From a virus, in IMG/VR virus record IMGVR_UViG_3300034954_001540, positions 16,865 to 80,864 of that record: a stretch of 64,000 bases of DNA, one strand, 5' to 3'. Shown here one piece after another: positions 38,409 to 46,921 of the stretch. Both the position numbers and the translations under genes were made by a program. How positions within the stretch are numbered: the first letter of the stretch is position 1; each line of letters opens with the position of its first letter. The notes beneath the pieces were generated by a model that saw nothing but the letters and a program-made list of their open reading frames with translations, was not told where the DNA came from and made no database searches.

Positions 38409-40703
38409 ATGCCAGCAGTCTCAAGAGCCCAACAAAGATTCTTCGGGATGGTTAGAGCGGCTCAAAAGGGGGATCTCAAATCGCCGTCGCCACAGGTTCA
38501 AAGAACTGCTGCCAGCATAAAGAAAAAGGATGCTAAGGATTTTGCATCCACCAAACATAAAGGTTTACCAGAGAAAAAAATGAAATCTTTTTCCGAAATG
38601 CAACACATCCCTGAAGAGGGATATGATCACTGGCGTGATAAGCAACTTGAGAAGTATGGCTCAGGTTATAGATCTGCAGGTAGTCGCCGCAGTGTTGCAA
38701 GGTCTGGTGGGACGCAACCAAAACCCATGCCTAAGAAGAAAGAGGGTGGTGACTCTGCTCTTGACTATGTGAAGAAGTCCATCGAAGCAAAGTATGGCAA
38801 GGGTGCCATCATGGATACTTCTAAGAAAAAGAATGAAGAGGTTGTAACTGAGAAGAAGAAAGGTCTCTGGGACAACATTCACGCTAAGAGAAAGCGTGGT
38901 GAGAAACCTGCTAAGCCTGGTGATAAAGATTATCCTAAGACTCTCAACGTCGAAGGTTATGATAAACCAGACGAGAAGTTGAAGACTGATCGGGATATGT
39001 TTAACATCCCTAAGGAAAAGCAGAATGCTGCAAAGGAGCGTCTTCTCGCTAAAGCAAAAGCAAAGCGTGCAAAACTGAAAGAAGATGTTTGGGATCAGGT
39101 TGACATCTTTGCAGAGATGAATGACTGGGAGATCTCACTCCTTAATGATACTATTATCGAAGATATCATTACTGATGTCTTCATCGAAGAATTACAAGAA
39201 GGTAGAGATATTGATAGCGTCACAGATATGCTCTGTGAGTCTGTTGATTACTCTCTTAATCTCTTGACAGAAGTATCAGATAAGTATTATGATAGTGCTG
39301 TTGCTTCTTCTAAAGCAGCAAGCAGGACTCCTGAAGTAAAGGCTGCTAACCGCAGACAAAAACTTGAAAAGGTTAAGAGTGCTGCTAAGAAGGTTGGATC
39401 TGCACTGAAGTCTGGTCTTAAGACTGGCGCTAAACTTGCACGCAAAGGTGCTGTTAAGGGTGCTGAAGTTGCTGGTAAGGCAGCAGGTCACGCGAAAAAT
39501 CTCGCGAAAGACATGGGTAGTGCCGCTAAGAAAGGTTACCAGTCCACTCAAAAGGACTCATCTTCTAGCGACTCTGATTCCTCCTCTTCTTCTTCCTCAT
39601 CTTCATCCTCCTCTTCTTCTAGCGAGTCCAAGCCTAAGAAGCCTGGTCTGCTCAGCAGAATTGGTAGCAAACTGAAGCGTGGTATCAAGAAGGCAGTTGG
39701 TGCTGGTGCAAGAGCTCTCTCCCGTGGCGCACGCAATGTTGCACGCCGTCTGGGTGAAGAGACTCTCCTAGAGAAAGGAATGTCCGAGAAGGATATGGAT
39801 TCTGCTCTTAAGGGTCACAAGTACAGTAAGAAGCAACTCATGGACATGAGTAAGAAGTCTACTAAAGAAGGTAGACACGGTGAAGCACAGTCCATGTATA
39901 AGGCTGCCCGTGCCATGAAGGAAGACACCATCAATGAGCGTGGTGATTTCTGGCATCCTGATCCTGAGAAGGATCGTAAACTGGGTGGTCCTGGCGCTAA
40001 CCAGCGTGCTCGTGAAGATCGTGCTGCTGCATCTAAACCTGCTGCTAAGAAGGAAGATCCTAAGAAACTGCGTAAGGGTGAGTCCTACATGGACTATGCC
40101 AAGCGTCAGCCAGGTTACAAAGCACCCGCTAAGAAAGAAGGTTTGCGTGACAAGATCAAGCGTAAGCTTGGTTTGAAGAGAGAGGAAGTCGAAGTCCTTT
40201 CTTTCAATGCATATCTCTCAGAGGGTAACCGCACTGGTCGTATGATGCAGAAGTCCAAGACTCAGGTCACTGGACACATCTCTGCTGACAGGGGGTCCGA
40301 CGAAAAAAAGAATCGTGAGGGTCGTAAGTCTCTAGAGAAGGATCTCAAGAAGCATGGCATCGGTCACAAGAAAGGTGTCGGTGAGTATAAGTATGACAGT
40401 GGAGAAACTGGCCGAGAAGTTTCCTATCAGACTTCAAAACCTGATAAGATGTCAAAACGCCGTTTCGGAAAGGTCATGCGTCGCATGGGACGCAAGCACG
40501 GGCAAGAATCCGTGATCACTAAAGACAAAGACAAACCTGCAAAATTGCATTATACTGAGAAAGGTAGTAAAGCAAAATCCGATAGTATCGGAAAGACTAA
40601 GGCAGGTAAGCATCCCGAAGGTTATGGTGAAACTTCTGGCACCAAAGTCAGAGGTGGTAAGCTTCCCAAGAAAACTAACAAATCATCTTATCATTATGGC
40701 TGA
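38409..40703 (+). CDS. Large Lys-rich modular protein; putative internal-head polyprotein
   Basis: Basic modules separated by hydrophobic-x-E linkers; capsid-targeting-like MKSFSEM and LSFNAYLSE; poly-Ser tract. Confidence 0.8.
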   Translation: MPAVSRAQQRFFGMVRAAQKGDLKSPSPQVQRTAASIKKKDAKDFASTKHKGLPEKKMKSFSEMQHIPEEGYDHWRDKQLEKYGSGYRSAGSRRSVARSGGTQPKPMPKKKEGGDSALDYVKKSIEAKYGKGAIMDTSKKKNEEVVTEKKKGLWDNIHAKRKRGEKPAKPGDKDYPKTLNVEGYDKPDEKLKTDRDMFNIPKEKQNAAKERLLAKAKAKRAKLKEDVWDQVDIFAEMNDWEISLLNDTIIEDIITDVFIEELQEGRDIDSVTDMLCESVDYSLNLLTEVSDKYYDSAVASSKAASRTPEVKAANRRQKLEKVKSAAKKVGSALKSGLKTGAKLARKGAVKGAEVAGKAAGHAKNLAKDMGSAAKKGYQSTQKDSSSSDSDSSSSSSSSSSSSSSSESKPKKPGLLSRIGSKLKRGIKKAVGAGARALSRGARNVARRLGEETLLEKGMSEKDMDSALKGHKYSKKQLMDMSKKSTKEGRHGEAQSMYKAARAMKEDTINERGDFWHPDPEKDRKLGGPGANQRAREDRAAASKPAAKKEDPKKLRKGESYMDYAKRQPGYKAPAKKEGLRDKIKRKLGLKREEVEVLSFNAYLSEGNRTGRMMQKSKTQVTGHISADRGSDEKKNREGRKSLEKDLKKHGIGHKKGVGEYKYDSGETGREVSYQTSKPDKMSKRRFGKVMRRMGRKHGQESVITKDKDKPAKLHYTEKGSKAKSDSIGKTKAGKHPEGYGETSGTKVRGGKLPKKTNKSSYHYG

Positions 40704-40824
40704 AGAAAAACGCAAGTGTAAGTATTGTGGCATCACTGCCCCTCTTGGGCATCACCGTCCTACCACATGGATGGAGAAGCACGAGTTGAATTGTGCCAGA
40801 AACCCTAAGAATAAAGAAGAATGA
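40696..40824 (+). CDS. Small C2HC zinc-finger-like protein (42 aa)
   Basis: CKYC...H...C pattern; overlaps both neighbouring genes. Confidence 0.6.
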   Translation: MAEEKRKCKYCGITAPLGHHRPTTWMEKHELNCARNPKNKEE

Positions 40825-41294
40825 AATCCTTTTCCCAATTCGTAGCAGAGCAAGACAACGTAGATGAAGCCGTTGGTCTAGCAATCGCGAGAGCGATTGA
40901 TAAGACTAATCCCCCATTGGGTAGACCTTCTAGACGTAGAGATCTTTCTCATGCTCTGAAGATGAGGGAGGTGCTTAAAGGTGCCAAGAAGAGGAAGGAT
41001 GATAAGAAAAAATCTCCTGTTAATTTCATGCAGGATAAGAAAGAAACAAATGAAGACTGGCAGAAAAAGTCAGGCAAAAACCCTGAAGGCGGATTAAATG
41101 AAAAAGGTAGAAAGTCGTATGAGCGTGAAAACCCAGGAAGCGATCTTAAGGCACCTTCAAAAAAAGTTGGGAACCCTCGTAGAGCGAGCTTTTGTGCGCG
41201 AATGAAAGGGATGAAGAGGAAACTCACATCTAAGAAGACAGCGAGCGATCCTGATAGTAGAATTAACAAATCACTTAGAGCTTGGAATTGTTGA
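40821..41294 (+). CDS. Basic protein with T4-like capsid-targeting N-terminus (putative internal head protein)
   Basis: Starts MKSFSQFVAE; conserved phage C-terminal motif GKNPEGGLN.KGR...RRASFCARM...W.C. Confidence 0.75.
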   Translation: MKSFSQFVAEQDNVDEAVGLAIARAIDKTNPPLGRPSRRRDLSHALKMREVLKGAKKRKDDKKKSPVNFMQDKKETNEDWQKKSGKNPEGGLNEKGRKSYERENPGSDLKAPSKKVGNPRRASFCARMKGMKRKLTSKKTASDPDSRINKSLRAWNC

Positions 41295-41305
41295 GGTATT
41301 AGATT

Positions 41306-41602
41306 ATGTCAAACGATAAGGAGTTCTCTGACTTTAAGTTGGAGAGGAAGGAGTGTGAGAAGTGTGGTGCAACTTGGATTAACGGACAACATGTCTGGAG
41401 GGGCACAGGTGCTCAGACAAAGGACAGTGAGTTAGATCTTGCTGGTCTAGTCTGCAATAAACTTGGCAATCATCAGTGCATCAATCCTAAGAAAGGAGAG
41501 GATGGTGGACAGACTTGGGAGTATCGTGCTGGATATATTGATGGTCTGATTAGAGGTAAAACAGACACTATGAAAGAGTTAGGAAAGCTTGACAATTCAT
41601 AG
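41306..41602 (+). CDS. Conserved Cys-containing hypothetical protein
   Basis: CEKC...LAGLVCN...CINP motif; GAGG RBS. Confidence 0.75.
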   Translation: MSNDKEFSDFKLERKECEKCGATWINGQHVWRGTGAQTKDSELDLAGLVCNKLGNHQCINPKKGEDGGQTWEYRAGYIDGLIRGKTDTMKELGKLDNS

Positions 41603-41649
41603 TATTACTACCTAAAAACGTAGCTATATAAGGCAGTTAGTAACAAGGT

Positions 41650-41973
41650 ATGAAGTTTCTAATTGCTTTTTTCGCTTCAATTTTTCTCGCTGCTCCAGCG
41701 TTTGCCGTCGATGTCCAAATGGGATACGACGGTAATCTTGTATTTGAGCCTGCCGAGGTTACAATCTCCGCTGGAGAATCAGTCCATTTCGTCAACAACA
41801 TGTTGCCACCTCACAACGTTATTGTAGAGGATCATCCTGAATTGGGTCATGAAGCCCTTGCAATGATGCCTGGTGAGGAGTTTGATGTTGCATTTCCTGA
41901 AGCAGGGGTGTATACTTATTGGTGCGGTCCCCATAAAGGGGCTGGTATGATAGGCACTGTAACCGTTGAATAA
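41650..41973 (+). CDS. petE: Plastocyanin
   Basis: Signal peptide (AFA site), PHNV and YWCGPHKGAGM type-1 copper ligands. Confidence 0.95.
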   Translation: MKFLIAFFASIFLAAPAFAVDVQMGYDGNLVFEPAEVTISAGESVHFVNNMLPPHNVIVEDHPELGHEALAMMPGEEFDVAFPEAGVYTYWCGPHKGAGMIGTVTVE

Positions 41974-42629
41974 TGAAAATCTTTTTAGATACTGCTGATG
42001 TCTCTGAAATTAAAAAGGCATACAGCACAGGTTTGATTGATGGAGTAACAACAAACCCGACACTGATTTTGAGATCGGGGGATACACTTTATAATGTAGC
42101 ATCAAGACTACTTAAAGAATGTCCAGACTTTATCAGCGTCTCCACGGAGGTGGTTGCAGAGACAGCTGACGAAATGATTGAGCAAGCAAAAACTTATTTT
42201 CCACTAGGTGATGCAGTTACAATCAAAGTCCCTTGCACTGTTGAGGGACTGAAAGCATGTAAGATCCTTTCGGATCAAGGCGTCAAGGTCAATGTAACTC
42301 TCATCTTCTCAGTGGCACAAGCATTGTTGGCAGCAAAGGCAGGGGCAGCATATGTCTCTCCCTTTGTTGGTCGCTGCAATGACAACTCATTTAGTGGAGT
42401 TGAGTTGGTCCGTGCAATCGCTAATGCATTTAGTGTGCAGATGATGACCACTGAAATCCTCGCAGCATCACTGCGAGATGTCCATCACGTTTCTCGCTGC
42501 TACACATATGGTGCGAGTGTTGTGACTATGCCACCTAAGGTATTCTGGAAAATGTATGATCATGTGTTGACTAGAGAGGGACTTGATCTTTTCCAAAAAG
42601 ATTGGGAATCTGCTAATGCAAACACTTAA
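41973..42629 (+). CDS. talC: Transaldolase (TalC/FSA family)
   Basis: FLDTAD, GVTTNPTL, IKVP catalytic Lys, NVTLIFS and YVSPFVGR motifs. Confidence 0.95.
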   Translation: MKIFLDTADVSEIKKAYSTGLIDGVTTNPTLILRSGDTLYNVASRLLKECPDFISVSTEVVAETADEMIEQAKTYFPLGDAVTIKVPCTVEGLKACKILSDQGVKVNVTLIFSVAQALLAAKAGAAYVSPFVGRCNDNSFSGVELVRAIANAFSVQMMTTEILAASLRDVHHVSRCYTYGASVVTMPPKVFWKMYDHVLTREGLDLFQKDWESANANT

Positions 42630-43119
42630 TAAATTCGCAATCGCGATAAGTATCGGTATCCTTGACTTCCTTTATGAAGGTAGGGATTACCAACGTTTCT
42701 GGGTGCTTGAGGAAATTGCTCGCGCACCCTATTTTGCTTTCCTAAGTGTGTTACATCTTCGTGAAAGCATGGGACTTCGTGGTCCTGACCATCTATATTT
42801 GATGAAGCAGCACTTCGAGCAGAGCGTCAATGAAACTGAGCATCTGGAGTATATGGAAAGTCGGCACGGTAATCGTTATTGGATCGATCGCTTTGTTGCC
42901 CGACACCTCGTACTCCTATATTATTGGATCAACGTGGCTTATTACTGGTTGGCTCCTCGCGCTGCATACCATCTGTCATATGAAATAGAAATCCATGCGG
43001 CAACTACATACGGTAAGTATATTGCAAAGAATGGGAAGGATGAAAAGATCCTTGAGATCTTAAATGATGAATTGCACCACTCAACAGAATTGAAAGAAGC
43101 TATGGAGATGATTAAATGA
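42616..43119 (+). CDS. ptox: Plastoquinol terminal oxidase
   Basis: RFWVLEEIARAPYF, NETEHL, E.HA..TY and DE..H di-iron motifs; 167 aa from the ATG at 42616. Confidence 0.93.
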   Translation: MQTLNKFAIAISIGILDFLYEGRDYQRFWVLEEIARAPYFAFLSVLHLRESMGLRGPDHLYLMKQHFEQSVNETEHLEYMESRHGNRYWIDRFVARHLVLLYYWINVAYYWLAPRAAYHLSYEIEIHAATTYGKYIAKNGKDEKILEILNDELHHSTELKEAMEMIK

Positions 43120-44174
43120 AAGTAGGACTTATCGGTCTCGGACGTATGGGCGAGGGTATGTCTCGCCGTATGATGGCAGCAGGTCATGAAGTCTGGGGAT
43201 ATCGTCGCAACCTAAAGAAAGCAGAAGAGGCATACGAAAAAGGGTATGTCAGTGGCATCGCTTATGGACTGCAGCAACTGTCTGAAGTAGTGCATAGAGG
43301 GACTTCCATTTATGGAGAGAAGTCTGGAGAAACTGTCTATAAACCAGCAGTTTTTATGATGGTTATTCCAGCAGAATTAGTCGAGGACACACTCAATGAG
43401 TTACTACAGTTTTGTAACGAGGGAGATATTATTGTTGATCATGGCAATAGTAATTTTAAGGATAGCAGGAGGAGGGCAGAGAAACTTGCTAAACTGGGTA
43501 TCCAATACATTGACTGTGGCACTAGCGGTGGTGTTTACGGTTTGGAGCGTGGATACTGTCTTATGGTTGGTGGTACAGATACTGCAGTATCCGTCTGCTC
43601 TCCACTCTTTAATGCACTCGCACCAGGAATTGCTGCTGCCCCACGCACCCGCGATGGCGACTTCGTTAGGCAGTCTGAGTTAGGATGGTTGAGATGTGGT
43701 GGTCCTGGTGCAGGACACTTCACTAAGATGGTCCACAATGGTGTTGAATATGGCATTATGCAAGCATATGCAGAGGGTTTTAATATCCTTAAAGAGGCTA
43801 ATGCAGGAAGAGCTTATGTTGCTGAGGGTGATGCCGAGGTGGCTCCCATGGAATGCCCCGAGGATTATTGCTACGACATTGATGTACCTGAGGTTGCTGA
43901 GCTATGGCGTCGCGGTAGCGTGGTTGGGTCTTGGTTACTTGATCTTAGTGCGGATGTATTATACGGCAATGGTGAGCTTGATAAGTTTGACGGCGGTGTC
44001 TCCGATAGTGGGGAAGGTCGTTGGACTGTGCATACCGCTGTGGACCTTGGCGTACCCGCCCCTGTATTATCTGCAGCGTTATATGAAAGATTCACTTCCC
44101 GTGGTCTAGGGAAGTATGCAAATAAAATCCTTAACGGGATGCGTTACATGTTTGGAGGACACAACGTACGATGA
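43116..44174 (+). CDS. gnd: 6-phosphogluconate dehydrogenase (short type)
   Basis: GLGRMG, DCGTSGGVYG, GHFTKMVHNGVEY and DSGEGRW motifs. Confidence 0.95.
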   Translation: MKVGLIGLGRMGEGMSRRMMAAGHEVWGYRRNLKKAEEAYEKGYVSGIAYGLQQLSEVVHRGTSIYGEKSGETVYKPAVFMMVIPAELVEDTLNELLQFCNEGDIIVDHGNSNFKDSRRRAEKLAKLGIQYIDCGTSGGVYGLERGYCLMVGGTDTAVSVCSPLFNALAPGIAAAPRTRDGDFVRQSELGWLRCGGPGAGHFTKMVHNGVEYGIMQAYAEGFNILKEANAGRAYVAEGDAEVAPMECPEDYCYDIDVPEVAELWRRGSVVGSWLLDLSADVLYGNGELDKFDGGVSDSGEGRWTVHTAVDLGVPAPVLSAALYERFTSRGLGKYANKILNGMRYMFGGHNVR

Positions 44175-44398
44175 AACAAACTGAGTCAAATACTCAACTT
44201 CTAGAGAGGTTTGAAAAAAGAATCAAACAACTCTCAGAAGAGCAAGGCAAACTTGATGTTGCCTACCAACGGTGGTTGGAATTGGATGTGATGCTGAATC
44301 GTCTGGAAGGATCGAAGCAAGCGATTGAATATCTGGAGTATGGTAGACTCCCTAATGATGGTCAGCACACTGGCATGGAGGATCATGCACCTAGGTGA
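44171..44398 (+). CDS. Small coiled-coil hypothetical protein
   Basis: ATGA overlap with gnd; resembles the 27616 ORF (RLEGSKQAIEYLE vs KLLGAIETLEYLN). Confidence 0.65.
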   Translation: MKQTESNTQLLERFEKRIKQLSEEQGKLDVAYQRWLELDVMLNRLEGSKQAIEYLEYGRLPNDGQHTGMEDHAPR

Positions 44399-44516
44399 CT
44401 TCTTACTTTGGATCTCAATACCCTTTGTATGTGCCACCATCACATTTGGAAGACTTAAAGGTGAAAATGACTATTACGAAACTGACAAATATGACGGAAA
44501 CGGCACCGCTCACTAG
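44385..44516 (+). CDS. ndhP: NdhP-like NDH-1 subunit (43 aa, single TM helix)
   Basis: MHLGDFLLWISIPFVCATITFGRLKGENDYYETDKYDGNGTAH; the C-terminus matches cyanobacterial NdhP (FG...FYDTD.Y.GNGSAH, from recall); GGAGG RBS. Confidence 0.75.
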   Translation: MHLGDFLLWISIPFVCATITFGRLKGENDYYETDKYDGNGTAH

Positions 44517-45831
44517 GGGCATTGTTATCTTCGGAGCAACGGGAGACCTATGCAAGAAGAAACTAATCCCCGCACTATACAAACTCTGGCAGAAGGAATT
44601 GCTGCCAGAGAATTTTCTTATCACTGGAAGTGCTAGGAGAGAGCCTACTACACAGATGTGGAAGGAATCTCTTGGTGACTATCCAGATGATTTTTTACAG
44701 AATTTAGACTACCAATGTGCTGATCTGGAGAATGTAGAGTCTCTTAGGAATCTCCCAGCATACATTGATGACATGACATATTTCCTCTCAGTCCCACCTG
44801 AGAGATATGCTGCAGCAATTCAAAATCTAAAGGAGGCAGGTTGCCTTGAAGACCCAGAAAGATCCCGTGTGGTTGTGGAGAAACCCTTTGGGCACGATTA
44901 TAAATCTGCTCATCATCTACAGTCAGTGGTGGAGCGACATCTACGCGAAAAACAAATTTATCGCATTGACCATTATCTCGGTAAAGATACTGTTAATAAC
45001 ATTATCACCACTCGCTTTGGTAATATTCTACTGGAGCCGCTATGGAATAGGGACTATGTAGAAGAGATTCAGATCTTTGCATCCGAGACAATCGGATGTG
45101 AGGGTAGATCACAATACTATGAAACCGCAGGTGCAGTAAGGGACATGCTGCAAAACCATATCCTGCAAGTGTTGGCACTCATTGCCATGGAGCCACCTGT
45201 CAAAATGAATGCTAGGGAACTCAGACGTGAGAAGACAAAACTATTGTCCGCAACTAGACTTTCCACAGATGTTATCTTAGGTCAATATGAATCCTATAAA
45301 TCTGAAGACGGTGTTGATCCTAGGAGTCACACTCCTACCTATTTTGCTGGCACTCTATTCATCGATAACTGGCGTTGGTCGGGAGTACCTTTTCGTGTCA
45401 TGACAGGTAAGCAACTACCCTATGCATGTGTTGAGGTAGTTGTTAAACTCAAGACACCCACTATTCAACTGTACGAGGGGGAGCATGGAGATCGCATTGT
45501 CATTAGGCTTCAGCCTAATCCTCATCTGGATATTCGCATGGATATGAAAACGCCAGGTTTGACAAACTTAGTTGAGCACGCTACACTTACCTATGATTAC
45601 CCTCAAGAGAGGGCGATTGATGGTTATGAAAAACTGCTCTACGACGCTATCGAAGGAGATCAAAGTCACTTTATCCATGCTGATGAGGTCATGGAGTCAT
45701 GGCGCATCGTTGATGATCTTCTTTGCACTGGTGATTCTTGTCCTATTCGTACAACCCCTTATCTATATAAAGGAGGATGGGGTCCACAATACAAAGTAGA
45801 TTTCATTACCAACTGGGATTATCCACAATGA
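44491..45831 (+). CDS. zwf: Glucose-6-phosphate dehydrogenase
   Basis: IFGATGDL, VEKPFG, YRIDHYLGK and RDMLQNH motifs; ATG at 44491 preferred. Confidence 0.95.
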   Translation: MTETAPLTRGIVIFGATGDLCKKKLIPALYKLWQKELLPENFLITGSARREPTTQMWKESLGDYPDDFLQNLDYQCADLENVESLRNLPAYIDDMTYFLSVPPERYAAAIQNLKEAGCLEDPERSRVVVEKPFGHDYKSAHHLQSVVERHLREKQIYRIDHYLGKDTVNNIITTRFGNILLEPLWNRDYVEEIQIFASETIGCEGRSQYYETAGAVRDMLQNHILQVLALIAMEPPVKMNARELRREKTKLLSATRLSTDVILGQYESYKSEDGVDPRSHTPTYFAGTLFIDNWRWSGVPFRVMTGKQLPYACVEVVVKLKTPTIQLYEGEHGDRIVIRLQPNPHLDIRMDMKTPGLTNLVEHATLTYDYPQERAIDGYEKLLYDAIEGDQSHFIHADEVMESWRIVDDLLCTGDSCPIRTTPYLYKGGWGPQYKVDFITNWDYPQ

Positions 45832-46028
45832 GAAACGAAATTCTTACTGCTCTCAGGACAGACGCTGAGGGCAACATTCAAAAAGCAAGACTCAACATTG
45901 AGATCTATCTAAAAAATCCTGTAGGTATCGGTGAGCATCCCGATGTCCTCGGTGCTATTCAAGAGCAACTGGATATCATTGCCCACGAGCAAGAGCGCAT
46001 TGATATGCTGCAGAAATACTTCTCATGA
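45828..46028 (+). CDS. Conserved phage hypothetical protein
   Basis: YL.NPVGIGEH.D motif; ATGA overlap with zwf. Confidence 0.75.
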   Translation: MRNEILTALRTDAEGNIQKARLNIEIYLKNPVGIGEHPDVLGAIQEQLDIIAHEQERIDMLQKYFS

Positions 46029-46195
46029 ATTTCTTCCATGCTGCAGGACACTTCTCTGCTTGGGTCCTAAATACTTGGTGGACTATGGCAATTCTAGGAT
46101 GGTCATTGGTCTTCGTGCCTATCATAGGTATGCATCTTGTCCACAAGTATGGGTGGGAGCATTGGCAACCCTTCACTAAAAAGCATGGAAAATGA
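46025..46195 (+). CDS. Small membrane protein (56 aa, not in the ORF track)
   Basis: MNFFHAAGHF...LVFVPIIGMHLVHKYGWEHWQPF; ATGA overlap; one hydrophobic helix. Confidence 0.65.
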   Translation: MNFFHAAGHFSAWVLNTWWTMAILGWSLVFVPIIGMHLVHKYGWEHWQPFTKKHGK

Positions 46196-46394
46196 AGAGA
46201 GTAGTTTCGGCTACGAGTGGACTATACAGGACATATATCTCCTGTACCACTGTGTATGCGAAACGATTAGGATGTGGCCAGGGGCACCTGCTCGACCAGC
46301 AGAAGAGCAGGAGCATCTGAGAATATTGAGAGACGAGCTATATAAGGGAGTATTAGACTACAAATTTCACCACATGGATGTTGATGAAAAATGA
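46185..46394 (+). CDS. Hypothetical protein
   Basis: WPG.P..P..EQE.L motif; tiles with its neighbours. Confidence 0.65.
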   Translation: MENEESSFGYEWTIQDIYLLYHCVCETIRMWPGAPARPAEEQEHLRILRDELYKGVLDYKFHHMDVDEK

Positions 46395-46597
46395 GTGCAA
46401 AACTTCTCCTATGTCTAGCACCTCTTGGTATAATTTTTATTATGATGAAACTTGCTGTTTGGTTGAGTGCCGTTAATGAGGAATCTAATTATGTCATTAG
46501 AGAACCTTTACGAAAGCGAGGACCCTTCGTGGCAAATCCATATGAGGATGTTGACCAAGAGGAAGAGGAATATGGAGATCGCACAGACTATAGATAA
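46391..46597 (+). CDS. Small membrane protein
   Basis: N-terminal TM helix, acidic tail; ATGA overlap. Confidence 0.65.
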   Translation: MSAKLLLCLAPLGIIFIMMKLAVWLSAVNEESNYVIREPLRKRGPFVANPYEDVDQEEEEYGDRTDYR

Positions 46598-46718
46598 GGC
46601 ACTCAAGGAGTGGTATGGTGAAAGGGGACTTGATGTGCCCGAGTGGAAGCAATGTAGAAATCCACAATGGTGGACTGACTACCTAAAAGAATTAGGAATA
46701 GATCCCCAAAATCCGTGA
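46572..46718 (+). CDS. Small Trp-rich hypothetical protein
   Basis: GAGG RBS; tiles with its neighbours. Confidence 0.55.
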   Translation: MEIAQTIDKALKEWYGERGLDVPEWKQCRNPQWWTDYLKELGIDPQNP

Positions 46719-46921
46719 ATTTATTTTTACGTCCATTAGAAGATTACAATGACCCCACTTGGAGCATAATTATCATGCTGATAATGCTCCTTGCTGGGGT
46801 ATTATATGTTGTTGTCTATATACTAGGTATAGATGAGCGAGAATCACATGGGAGCCATGACACCCCCGAGCAGGAAGAGCTGCTACACATTCCGAGTGAC
46901 GGAGATCAATCGTGTTCTTGA
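46715..46921 (+). CDS. Small membrane protein
   Basis: GTGA overlap; strong TM helix. Confidence 0.55.
   Translation: MNLFLRPLEDYNDPTWSIIIMLIMLLAGVLYVVVYILGIDERESHGSHDTPEQEELLHIPSDGDQSCS

Noticed and set aside
41589-41618. sigma70 promoter for petE (TTGACA at 41589)
   Set aside because: No acceptable -10 hexamer at 16-18 nt spacing, so not called as a feature.
44395-44490. Extended N-terminus of zwf in the ORF track (and similar upstream starts for ptox, g16, g22)
   Set aside because: Downstream ATGs fit RBS position, gene overlap and family length better; this stretch encodes the ndhP-like ORF in another frame.
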